DNA of 64,000 nt from Ophelia neglecta (taxonomy: Eukaryota): assembly GCA_965285935.1 (NCBI GenBank), contig OZ260664.1:4092001-4156000 (forward strand), read 5' to 3'. Below the pieces are notes generated by a model. The model saw nothing but the letters and a program-made list of their open reading frames with translations. It did not search any database and was not told the origin of the DNA. Position 1 is the first letter of the stretch, and every line of letters begins with the position of its first letter. The position numbers and the translations under genes were made by a program. Shown piece by piece: positions 1 through 11,590 of the stretch.

Positions 1-387
1 ATTTAATATTTTAGCAACCTCATCTAATTGGCCATACATAAAACAGAATCAACCGAAAGAACAAAAACTCCTGCACATTGATCCCAAAATAAGGCATTAT
101 AACATTGTTAGTTTTTACCCACATAATGTTTAATATGTGTATGTGTATAGAAAAATCATTGTTAAATCTCATGAAAATCGTGTTTATCACTGATAATAAT
201 TCAATGATTCGCAACACAACCAAAAATGTAGGTGAACTAATTTTAAGTGGATTTCATAAACACAAAAAACACCGATAGATGCTTTGGTTATAAATGGACA
301 TCGCTAGGATATTGTATTCAATCATAAGCCTTGAAATAGTCTGTGATTGAGCTAATGGTTCACCAGAGGAGTACATATACCGTTTTT

Positions 388-1497
388 CTATTTGTTATTT
401 CGCCCCAATGTTGCTTTGATACGTTTGAATGGATTTCTTTGAAGCGGCACTGACTCGTGAGTCACAAAGGAAGAGCTTGTAGAGAATCGCACAGTGAATG
501 TTTCCTTCATAACCCTACGGAATCTTCTTCCGAAGATAAGGTAAATGAAAAAGTTTATAGACGAGTTTATAACCATGAGTAACTGACTCACAACACTGAA
601 TTGTACGAGCCCCTCATCGAATCCTTTTGTAAATATTGCAGCTTTGGTCCTCCTTTCAATGACGGTGACTACTCTGATAAACAGTTCTGGAGTCTCGCAT
701 ATGATGAAAACCAGGACGATTATCACGAGGACTACAGTGGCATTGTTTTCATGGGTATGGGTGTAGTCGCTGTGTCGTCTCTTAGAGCAGCGAATGGCTT
801 GTACAAGCCGAGCGTTCATGTAAGACAACATCAGCAGTGGGAGGATATACAATAATACTATGTAAGAACCCTGTTGGTAAATGTCGTAATAAAGGGGATG
901 GTTGAACTGGGGGCTGATAATACTACGAGTGATAGTAATATTGGTGCAGGGATTGAACCATTCTACAATACAACTCTCAAAGTATCTGGGTAAGTTATAG
1001 AGGAACCCAAGAATATAGACACTTGCCGCTGCTATTTGCTTCGTGCGTTTGTTAAATAGTTGTAAAGCTTTAAATGGCTTACACACGTATATGTACCTAT
1101 CTATAGTCAACAGAACCATGGTCCAAATAGTGATGGTCTGACATGTCTTCAACATGGGAAACACCACTGGCTGCATCAAGATGTAGGTACGGTATACAGG
1201 GAGCAGGTACTTCAGAGGATATCGTAGAACAGCAACAAGCAAATACAATCCATCAGCCACAGCCAGCACCTGAAGAAGTAACAACGCTTCCCGTTTTTCC
1301 TTGTCTCGACGGAACACAATGATAGTCATGACGTTACCAAACAGACCCACCAGACACAGTAGGCCGATCAGGTAAAGTTCAACTATAAACTCCAAACTAA
1401 CTGATAGCTGTTTGTTTATATCCCCAGTTAGGTTTTCATGGTAACGAGGACACTGGGAAATGTTCACCACAGTTAAGCCACAACCCGCGTTAAACAT
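388..1497 (-). CDS. Class A (rhodopsin-like) GPCR, FMRFamide-receptor/Srw-like, paralog 1 (single coding exon, about 369 aa from the first ATG)
   Basis: Seven hydrophobic segments; GLFGN (TM1), LAVAD (TM2), TIDRY.YVCKPF (TM3), YNLPRYFE (TM4), ICETP (TM6), INSSINFFIY.IFGRRFR (TM7/H8). NFxxY in place of NPxxY and the lack of Cys3.25 are typical of FMRFaR-like receptors. The first ATG (1497, MFNAGCG) aligns with the paralog 2 start MPNTGCG; the ORF-track start at 1512 is a TTG. Confidence 0.93.
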   Translation of the reverse strand: MFNAGCGLTVVNISQCPRYHENLTGDINKQLSVSLEFIVELYLIGLLCLVGLFGNVMTIIVFRRDKEKREALLLLQVLAVADGLYLLVAVLRYPLKYLLPVYRTYILMQPVVFPMLKTCQTITIWTMVLLTIDRYIYVCKPFKALQLFNKRTKQIAAASVYILGFLYNLPRYFESCIVEWFNPCTNITITRSIISPQFNHPLYYDIYQQGSYIVLLYILPLLMLSYMNARLVQAIRCSKRRHSDYTHTHENNATVVLVIIVLVFIICETPELFIRVVTVIERRTKAAIFTKGFDEGLVQFSVVSQLLMVINSSINFFIYLIFGRRFRRVMKETFTVRFSTSSSFVTHESVPLQRNPFKRIKATLGRNNK

Positions 1498-1820
1498 GAT
1501 TACGATAATCAATATATTACTGTCTCTTTCCCTCTAATTGCACAAACATCAAACCGTTTTTTTTTTTGGGGGGGGGGGATAAATATCATTTTCTTTGAAG
1601 CATTGGCACATAGACACAAGCGTCAGTGGTTTCTATTAGCGATTCTATCAGCCGATAATCTGGCACCTTTGTTAATGCTGTATTTAATTGAGCCGGTCAC
1701 AATCGCCTTGGCTTGATGGGGGCTGGTCTATTAGTCTGTGAAGTGTAAGAACCCATTAATCACGTCGCTGTACTCATCTGGTCCTTTCACAGGTGTCAAT
1801 AGCATAACTAAACGTTCATT

Positions 1821-1845
1821 CTGAACGCGGACCAGTTAGAAAGAT
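1821..1845 (-). promoter_or_regulatory. Candidate 3' splice acceptor of a 5'-UTR intron of GPCR paralog 1
   Basis: Minus strand reads tttCTAACtggtccgcgtTCAG (branch point plus acceptor), about 320 nt upstream of the ATG. Similar acceptors lie upstream of paralogs 2 (27362) and 3 (58263). Confidence 0.4.
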
Positions 1846-2961
1846 CAATAATTTCAGAGCACTTACACTATGTTCATTCAAACGCACTTGTCTTCAGCTT
1901 GCCAGCACAGGTAACAGCATCCTGATATTACCAGCAACTAACTGCTTGTTGCCAAAGGCACATTTCCGTATATTTAGGCAAATGAATTGTGTAAATGGAA
2001 CTCCTAATGACGTTTCCTGGTATTTAATGGAATGTGAAAGGTACTCCCGAAGTAGGCTGTCGACACCTTGTCCTAAAAGAAAAACCGATAATTAGATAAA
2101 GACCCAAAGGCGGCTTATTATATCGTCACGTGTACTTAACGTCACCGAAAATAAATGATACCAGTCACGACTCAAAACGTATTAACGAGCAGAGTGACTT
2201 CACTTTTGTGGTTGATGATTTTGATATTTTGATTAAAACTGTACAAACCCTACTGAAACGGGCCCTGCAAACCATATCGACAGAACTTAAAATAGGTTCT
2301 AGGATATAATTAAGTCGTTATTCCTAATGAAATCGTTGAGATTGTGACCGTCGTTGTTTATTATAATACAAAGACACACCAGGTCATGTCAGGACACGCC
2401 TTGTCATGTTAGGTTTTCTTTGGAACTCAGGCCCCGATAAATCGATAGACAGCAAATGTGTCTACTATCGGTGTGTGTGTGTTCTGATTCTGAGTGATGT
2501 TATTCTTTAAGCTGGGCCTTCAGGTTTGACAGTTGTACTAATTGTTCCACTTCTACCATGAACTTTATAAACATTATATGGCATATAAGATTGATTTATT
2601 ATTCAACTACATTTTATTGACGATTCATGCATGGAACCTGTCTCCCACAATACATTAAAGACTATACTGACTACGATATCGCGAGAAATTTGCCACACCA
2701 AAACTGAGACAGTTACCATTAAACATACCTTAACGTACGATGTTTGAAAGTTTGTTTTCTGTCTCTATATACCCGTTACTAAGATATTTGTATATCGGTA
2801 CCAATGGTATTAATTATAATTCTATTCATCAAACTATAGATGAACGGTTTGGGGGATTGCATACCATGATAACATGTCTTTATGATGTGCGATCACCTTT
2901 TTATATAAATGATTGTTCACGGCTTTAGGAGTGATAAAATTTCCTCTTACTATCGCATTGA

Positions 2962-3015
2962 TAACTGTGCAATAATACATGATCTCTTTAACTGTGCAAT
3001 AATACATGATCTCTT
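2962..3015. repeat. Perfect 27-bp tandem duplication
   Basis: taactgtgcaataatacatgatctctt occurs twice in tandem. Confidence 0.9.
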
Positions 3016-4616
3016 TAATGCCCAATTTCGAAAATAAAATATCTACACCAGATCATGTAAATATTGAACGCTTATACGAAAACAGACCCACGGCTTAAAG
3101 CTATCTTGCAGAATATCCATACATTAACAACATTGAGTTCACTTACCACTTTAAATGATATCTGCTTGCAGACGCCGCAATATAATCCTAGTTTTCACAG
3201 GCAAAATTATCGCATGTTGGTCATTGATCTGGTAATGGAACAAACTGTTATCAAGTGAAACGGATAAGTAACACCCGATAGCACCTCTAATTTCCTGAAA
3301 TATCCGGAGGTGTTTGCTAGGATATTCCAGCACACGAACTTGACAGCACCAGCTTCTCATATTAATGACCACATTGCCCTCGACCATCTACTACTCAGTG
3401 CACAGCGCTGTACAGTGCATTCCATACGACCTATGCAAACTTCTCGCTGCCCAGTCTCATACAAAACCGGTGAGCCTGTACCGTTATAGGTTTTAAAGGG
3501 ACAGCGTCGTATTCGACGTGCCTTTTTGCCTGCATTAAGCAAGGCGATCAGGGAACACCCGTTTGTAAAAGCAAAGTGTGAAAGTCCAATTGTTATTTCA
3601 TTAATAGACTGATCAGAGTTTATTGTTAATTCTATGGGATAACGTTTTCGGCTACACACTTGAGATTTCTAGTCACTACGGTACCGCAGTAGTAATGCTA
3701 TTTATGAATGACAAATCTCTAAATGTATATCCAAATCATCCCCAATAAGAAAGATCGCTTCGCAATGATTCCCTAATTCTTCAACGAATCACGGTTACTA
3801 TATAACCCCTTGACCGAAACGGTATAAACCGGAAGTTTTTATATGCGGAAATAAAGAATTAAGCATATATACTTTGCCAGTTTAATGCAACGTATAAGTC
3901 GTAGAGACCGCCGGTTTGTTCGCTTATTTTTCAAGTGTTAGTGTTTACTACCGTAGACAGGAAGGTTTTAAAGTTTGGCGGTTTTCTTGAATTTCTCGAT
4001 AATGTCGACCTCGACTTTCCTGTTTGCATGTTCCCTACGTAGCTCTAATTTCCTTGGGAAATCACTCCCTTGCATTACTAGGTAACGGCATTTCTTGTTG
4101 AAAGTATATCGTGAACATGATTCGTGAAAAGAACTTGGTATCAGTATCTAAATCCCATTTCGGTGGATGCAAAGGAAAGGAAGTCGCTTCATGATACTAC
4201 CGACCATTTATTACACATAGTACGTTAACCCCTTACTCATATAATGCATCTGTTCAGCAAATTAACTGCACAGAGTGTACTCAGAAGCCCCAAAGTTGGG
4301 ACGGCATGTATAACTGGTATCGGTAGTGTGAGTTCAAAAATAGTTGGTTGGAGGTGCGTACACCGCACAGGTGATTGATGGGCTGTCAATGGTCCATCAG
4401 GTGGTTACTGATAAGCTCGGTAACAAAACACCACACAGACGGGTCCAGTGTGTAATGATTCAGAAATTCTGAAACCCTTAGGTGAATATAACAATGATTT
4501 TCGGGTGTCCTCGATGCATTTATTATAGTTCCATTCATGCATAGAGTGCAATTAACTTATGGCGTATAATAGCAATGTGTTTTTTAAGCGTACAGTGAAG
4601 CCAAGTAAACACAGTA

Positions 4617-4794
4617 CAGTTAAAGCTGTAAATTAAGACCACCTAAGGGACTGGAAAATGGTGGTCTGATTTCAAAGGTGGTCTGCTTAGAGAGGTAATT
4701 TGACATTGAAAGTATACAGAATGGTCATTATATAAGTGGTCTGAATGGACAGCTGGTCTGACTTTAGAGGTGGTCTTTAAGGTAGGTTTCATAG
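4617..4794 (-). mobile_element. MITE, pogo/Tc1-mariner type (CAGT-type termini, TA target site); copy A
   Basis: ta|cagttaaagctg...gtaggtttcatag|ta, with internal GGTGGTCT motifs; reverse-orientation homolog of 25276-25437. Confidence 0.75.
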
Positions 4795-5816
4795 TACAGC
4801 TTAAGGAGGATAAGTATATAACACCTAACGTTGGAGTGAATACCGGCATCTCAGTGAGAGTGTTTACTGGTGTCTCAGTTTGGTAATTTACACGAAGGCT
4901 GGTTATTGACCTGCACCTCACGTTGTAGTGTTTATCGGCATCTCAGTTGTTTACTGGATTACTGGAATGTTTAATGGTTTACATATCAGGAGTCGGGTGC
5001 TATTCAACTGACTGATTTTTTTTTATGATATGACTCGCATCACGAAAAACTGTAGACACTATTTCTGATTGCAGTGAGGGCTGTTCCAGAAATTGTCTTC
5101 AGAGGGGGGAGGGGCGACTTTCCTGTCCGGCGGGGTTGGAGGATGATAGAATATAAAAGCATGTACCGTACACTGGGTTTTATTTCAAATAGCGTGTCGA
5201 GGGCAGGCATTGGAGGGGGTGGGGGCGGTAGAGTAGTTCCAAATACATATCCGGGCGATCGGAAAGTCATCTTCCTATTGCATATTATATGCCTATTAAA
5301 TTTTTAACCACCATACAAAAAGGTTATCCCCCAAATACCTTTTTCTGCTTCAACTTTGACAAGAAGTTATTAGTGTAAACACGTAAATGGAAGTAAGAAT
5401 AGCACATAATTGTATGTAAACCCACGATTTACTACATGCATTTTTGTGATTTCTGACTAAGCCGTACAAAATCATGAATAACTCGACCTGTATGTTTGTT
5501 TTCGGAACTGTTTGCTTTGAAAGTAATAAATCTGCAGTCTTGTATTCTGATATGTCCGATTCAAAGTTAGAAGGTTAAATGCTGATAAAGATGTGAATTA
5601 TTTCTTTCTTTAATATATAGGGTATGTATATCTAAAATCACAGTTGACCTGACCTGGCCTAATTAGATTAATATAACAGGGTCTATTATAGTCCATTAAC
5701 TGATCAGATCGCTGACAGGTACTGATTGTACTAAGCGTGTACTATTGTATATACTTATAACATTATTATCATGCATTAATTCTTTTATGTTTTTGGAGCT
5801 CTCATAAAGTTGAGGA

Positions 5817-5825
5817 CAATAAACA

Positions 5826-5857
<32 letters not shown>
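5817..5857 (+). repeat. AATAAA followed by an (AATC)8 microsatellite; probable 3' tail of a non-LTR retroelement
   Basis: caataaacaaatcaatcaatcaatc...; simple-repeat tails after AATAAA are typical of CR1/L2 LINEs and their SINEs. Confidence 0.6.
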
Positions 5858-5858
<1 letters not shown>

Positions 5859-8776
5859 ATAACGTCAATATTACAGCAGACATGAGTCTTTGCATAGAAA
5901 TGTAACGAGCAAAGTTTGAAAGACTAAAATGTTCCGTTACATCTATTGGAACCACACTAAAACAGTGCAAAGTTCTACATCGAGTCTCTGCCGTGTATCA
6001 GCGAGACGCTACGTACATTTACCTACGACAATAAGCATAGCGCTATATGTTTACCGGCAAGCAAGTCGAAATGCGCCTATACAATTACATAGTGTGCATC
6101 ACTACCTGGAGACACGATAAAATAATACCTCAATTCCCGAATCGCTATCAATTGAACGGCCGTTCCCGAAGGTGGGAATATAACGGAAATTGTGTTATGG
6201 GTATTGTGGTTCTTTGGAAAAGCTTTGTTCGGGAGAGAGAGGGCGGGGTCTCAAAATTGCACAGGAAATCGAGTGTACTAAATACGGTGGCGATACCTGG
6301 TAGATAAAACAACAATCATTTTTGTTCTAATTTGACATTTGACCCGTATATGTTGAGATTAAACATATATCAATGAAAGCTGCCGACTTTTACACAATAC
6401 AAATTATATTATATTTTGTTAAGGTATATACGATCGTCTCTCTACTAGCATTGTATACAAACGATAGTAATTCGGGCCGAGTGAATGCATCGTTCTCGAA
6501 TAGTGCTTTTGGTTGCTGCCAGGTAGGTGTCAACAGAAGTTATAACCCGGCGTATGCCTTATCCACTTTTAATTCTAATTACACACCCGCACATACAAGC
6601 AAGGTAACGGCAGATACCATATCCTTCATATCCTTTAACACAATTGCAGTTACAAAACTTTCCCCGCTATGCACATGGTTATCCAATTTTTGTAAGAGCT
6701 TGCCTTTGAATAGTAATATCTCTTGATAATGTTTAAATATTAAATGTACAAAGTTCCAAATATAAAACAGAGAATGTAACCAAAAAGGAAAGAAGCGGTT
6801 ATTGACAAGGTTAGACACCGTTCCCAGGTTTAAATTTGACATACTGTTTTACATCTTCTGGTCACTCATCGCTTGTGGGAAAAAGGACACGATTGCAACA
6901 GTTTGCCTTACACGAACATGACTTTAACGCATGAGTAATACACCAAGAGCAAAATGACAGAGGGGCCATATTTTGAGGCTCATGAAGGAGAGTACGGAAT
7001 CAGCCGTTACCGTGCTCAGTGGTGTGGGGGTCAAGTACCACTTCATAAATGAAGAACTTATAAACATTATATGGTATACAGGAATTTATCAGGGTCGTTT
7101 TCTGATAGTACACCTTTCGAAAACACCACTACCAGATATATACCCACACCTGTTCAATTCCATGATGCTTCTAAAGACAAAATTACAAACGAGCTGGGCT
7201 TAAAACCAAATCGACATGTATTTTTAGTAAGAACATATGGTTTGGTTATTAAGAAATATCGTGCACATGTACACGCTCAATAGGATCAGTGCTTTCCGTT
7301 TCCAGGGCAAAAGATAATAGAATTTCAATATGTAAGCCATACAGTTACATGGTCATTTAAAGGCTGAATCAGTGAATCTGTCACTGACAATCCCCTGTTT
7401 ATACACAGGATGTAATAAGTTAAGTTTCTTTGAAACAGCTCGTTTTCATGAACTGTATCTGAGAGATCTCATGTAATACGTAGGTGGAAGTCTCTCTAGC
7501 TTTAACATTCACCTAATCTGGCACGTTCTAAGCTTCTCCTCTGGATTGGCTCTTACCTATAACGTGTTGTTCCGCGCCTCATGATCATTTTCTTTGAAAC
7601 ATCTTTTGTGCTAAATTGGCCAAATATCACAGAGAGAAATGTCGCAAGAGATAAAACGTACTGATATCGAGGCCTACAAAGAATTTAGTACATCCGGACT
7701 AAGTCTTATAATATCAACTGGGGAATTAAGGATGTTACATTCAGTTTTGTAGGAAGTCGGCCATTTGGCAAATTAAAGGTGAACTAGATATTGTTTTTGC
7801 TCAACACAAGGACTAATCAACAAAGAGGACATAACCAAACGTCTAAACACTATGATGCACATTAAGATTTATAAATATACGATGCCTTTAAATAGATGCA
7901 GTTTAAGTTTTAGTGTTATAAATTCAAGTGAAATAAATTAATTTTGCCACAATCTTCAGTGGTTATACATATACTACAACAGGAAATAATGCATGCGGGT
8001 ACAGAAAGAATGTATAAACCTATTTGAGAAAAGGTAATTGGGCTGAAGTTGCGATAAGGATGATATAGAAGCTCCAAAGAACTTGTATCTACCAGATAGA
8101 AAATTATCATGCATTAATAACTTTAAATATTTGGAAGTGCTAAGTGCACATACATTTAGAATTGAAGTTAATATATGTATCAAAGAATATAAATTTGTTT
8201 TTTTATATAAGAAATCATAGGAAAAAAGGACTAAGATCAAGCAAAAAAAAAAGCAAAAAAAGCATGAGTTACATAATTGATTCGAACTCCCAGCAGTTTA
8301 CACTTCAACAATGTATTGAAAGTAGACAAAGAAACATTAAAATAGAGGGCAACCCACCGGGTAGAATATTGAAACTTTAGGCAACGCATTTGGTTGCTCT
8401 AGCGCAGTTTTCGAGATATGGGGCCATTTTTACATATCACTAAGCACCGACTTATTTGTTCTTCTCTGAATTAGCATCATGTTAATATGTTTATTTGTTT
8501 TATACATTAGTATAAACATTAGTATTGCACAATAGAGAAATTATGTATCTAGCCCGAATTGTTTGGAAAAGTAAATCTCATCTATCGGAAGTGAATTTCA
8601 CAACAACCATAAGCGTTGTTTGCCAAATTTGGTGCTCTAGTCCACTTTGTAACTATAATGTAAGCATTTTCCGCTAACAAGCCAGTGTTTACATATTCCA
8701 TGCCGACCCTAGTCAATGCAAGCCCGACGGATGGCCCTCAGAGGGCCATTGTGAATACACATAATTTGAGGTGTAT

Positions 8777-9170
8777 GCCGACCTAAATCTGATTTCTTGA
8801 CAACATCAGTAATCGACGTTGTTTCAAGGTCAATCAACGTCTTCTACACGTTGGTTTTATGTCGATTATTTTGTAATATTCGAGCCGACCTTAATCTGAC
8901 GTTTTGACAACGTTAAATATCAACTTTGTTTCAACGGAGGTCAATCATCGTTGTCTATGGCCTAGGTTTAACTCTGTGTATCTACATGATCAAAGTAATA
9001 TTTCATAGGTTCCACAGGTTAGAATTAACACACACATTCAAATTTGTTTTTGGCAAGTCTCCCAGATAGCATAAAAGCATTGGCCGAACATTGGACTAAT
9101 GTCGGCAATATTCCACTGGCATATTAGCCCAATGTTAGGCCAATGGACAGTGCTACTGACGTTTGTGCAA
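8777..9170. mobile_element. Degenerate fragments of CMC/EnSpm-like elements abutting the element at 9178
   Basis: Two copies, about 107 bp apart, of gccgacct.aatctga...ttgacaac...ttgtttcaa.ggtcaatca (8777, 8884), plus a CCCAGATAGCA terminus at 9061 followed by ccaatgtt/aacattgg subterminal motifs. Confidence 0.45.
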
Positions 9171-9177
9171 GGGGCAT

Positions 9178-11464
9178 CCCAGCAAACAGGGAACGTTACC
9201 GTAACGTTCCCTTTAGGTGATATATTAATTACTTCATAACAAGTTATTCAGGAACGTTCTCATGACATTCCACGAACGTTTCGCATGGTCAAAACAGAAC
9301 TAGGTTGCATTTCCATTATCATATGTGTCATTGATTATAAAAAAAAACATTAATACAACATTTATAGTGGTATATGTTCCATATTAGTGAAATGACCCTT
9401 TAGGTAATATGTTGGTTAGTCCGTAACAAGTTATTTAAGAACGTTCTCATAACATTTCCTGAACGTTCCACCTATTCCAAACAGAACTATTTTAATTTCC
9501 ATTAGCATGTATCTTTGAATATAAAAACGAAACATTTAACCACATTTCAGAATGGTATATGTTCAATATTGGCAAAATGCCCATTAGATAATTAATGTAT
9601 TGTTAGTAACAAGTTATTTGAGAACGATCCCATACACACAAAATGACAAGTTACCGGTTGTCACACGCCCTAGACAAGTTTTTGACGAGTTTCTCAATCA
9701 ACACTACTCACGCGTCGTCAGAATGACTACCACTTATAACTTGTCGGAAGTCATTGTCACCGCCAGACGGCAACTCGTTCCTCCCAACCATGAGAGAACC
9801 GACAGCGCCACCTGGGAGACGTCATGCACGTCCAAGAAAATGTGAGTACACGATGTAGACCAAATCGATTAAAATCCCATGCCATCACTAACTAAAATGT
9901 GTGAATTCTAGTATAACCCATAACTACTATTACTTGTAGACAACAATATGCCATTCTGAGGCGGTAATAATGTACGCATAAAAATAAAATCCGGACATGT
10001 TTAGATGAAACAAATTTCCTCGTGTCAGATGGCAGAACGTGTTCATTTTATGTGTTAGGCGCGGCGGGTTTACATGAAAGTCTTTCCAATCCTCTTGCAT
10101 ACGGCATTCCCACCACTTTTTATACAGAAATCAAGAGATGGGACGTGATAACATTTTGATATGTATTCATTTGCGTGTGTTGACTGCACGTGTGCTAGAC
10201 ACTACTGTATCTGCCCCCCCCCCCCCTGCCCCACTACTTCCCCACCTCACCAATGTCTTTGTTTTACAAATATGTGCCGTAAGGGACCATGGTAACAATT
10301 GGCCAATGCATGATAGACATAATCTGACCCACAAAAGAATGGCCAAATTATATACCTGGTATGAATTAAGACAGTCTTAAACATGTGTGCATGCACTAAT
10401 ATCAAGATTGCAACATGCAGATACATGTATAGGCTTACACAGCCTGCCAACCCTGCTTAAGCTGTGCTCTGCATGGCTACGGGCAGCCGGTCCTTTTTAT
10501 GACATTGTAATGTCCCCAGTCCTGTGAATATCAATGTATTGTCCATTCAAAGTGTACCTGAGTTATAATGCATGTTATAATTAGATTTAAGTTGATTTAT
10601 TTTTTATGTTCAGTTAAGTAAACTTGTATACAAGTGTAAGGATATTTGTGTCAGTTTAAGTTAGCGATGTTAATTTTCCTGCAGTGTAGAACTTATATAT
10701 ACATGCGAATACAACATTCGGTAGTTTTAACTTGAAAACTGAGTGCTTTTTTTCATGAAATTTATGATTTTAAACCCATTCGAAATGTTTCGTCATTACA
10801 GTTATTGATTTATCTGTTTGACATTAAACTATGTTAATGATTTTCTTATTCCTTTTAGAAGCAGCTAGAAAAATAAAATAAAAAGGCTCCTCCAAAGAAG
10901 TGGAGGAGAAGATGCAAGAAACGTTGAAATTAGCTCCTCACCGAGAGAAAAAACGTCTAGTAAGTGTTTACAGTTATAATTTAATTATGGTATAGGCTGA
11001 TGCTTGCCAGCTCCCACCCAAAAGTTTACTATACTATATCTCACACTTTCTTTATATAAGAAACTTATCACTTTTTTACAATATAAGAACAAATCATCTA
11101 AATTTATTTTTCAAGACAAATGTCACATCTTTAGCTACATGGTACATATTTTCCTTTTCAGCAAAAGCTGGCCAAGTCAAAACCGAATGAAGAAAACAGG
11201 GCTAATGCAGTTGAATAAATGTAGTTTAACATTAATAAAAAATCATAATAAACCTGCTCATGTAGTTTTTGCTGTATTTTCTATACTAAATAAATGTTAT
11301 CAAATGGTTCCCTGAATGTTATGTAGTAACGTTAGGTGGGAACGTTCTTATAACCAATAGAAAACTTTCCATGGTAACGTTCTCCTAACGTTACTTAGTA
11401 ACGTTATTGTAGGTTACAGGTAACGTTCTTATAACGTTCTCATAACGTAACATTGTTTGCTGGG
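9178..11464 (+). mobile_element. Non-autonomous CMC/EnSpm(CACTA)-like DNA transposon, 2287 bp
   Basis: TIRs CCCAGCAAACA / TGTTTGCTGGG, 2-bp TSD (AT/AT), dense AACGTT subterminal repeats at both ends, about 2.3 copies of a ~185-bp internal repeat (9210-9630), no transposase ORF. Confidence 0.85.
10859..10959 (+). pseudogene. Relic exon inside the EnSpm-like element, resembling the C-terminal helix of a BEN/DUF4806-type accessory ORF
   Basis: Acceptor ttttcttattccttttAG and donor GTAAGT; translates AARKIK*KGSSKEVEEKMQETLKLAPHREKKRL with one stop. The family resemblance is from memory of EVE..I..WL..AP.R motifs, not from a search. Confidence 0.5.
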
Positions 11465-11525
11465 ATATGCATGCCAAGTTTACGTCTTTTTCGAGCAATA
11501 ATCAAAGTGACAAAAATTGGTAACA

Positions 11526-11590
11526 TTCGGAATAGCGGACCTACGGTATAGCGAACATTAGGTATAGGGAACTGCGGCGATAGCGGACTT
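11526..11590. repeat. Short ~16-bp degenerate tandem array (cggwatagcggac), probably a MITE remnant
   Basis: ttcggaatagcggacc / tacggtatagcgaaca / ttaggtatagggaac / tgcggcgatagcggac. Confidence 0.6.

Noticed and set aside
601-855. Plus-strand ORFs antisense to the GPCRs and cGLR (also 26298-26492, 57122-57373, 47050-47791)
   Set aside because: Shadow ORFs of real coding sequence, mostly with non-ATG starts and no recognisable motifs.
3550-3564. 15-mer agggaacacccgttt shared with 27367-27381
   Set aside because: The match does not extend, and a few 15-mer matches are expected by chance in 64 kb.
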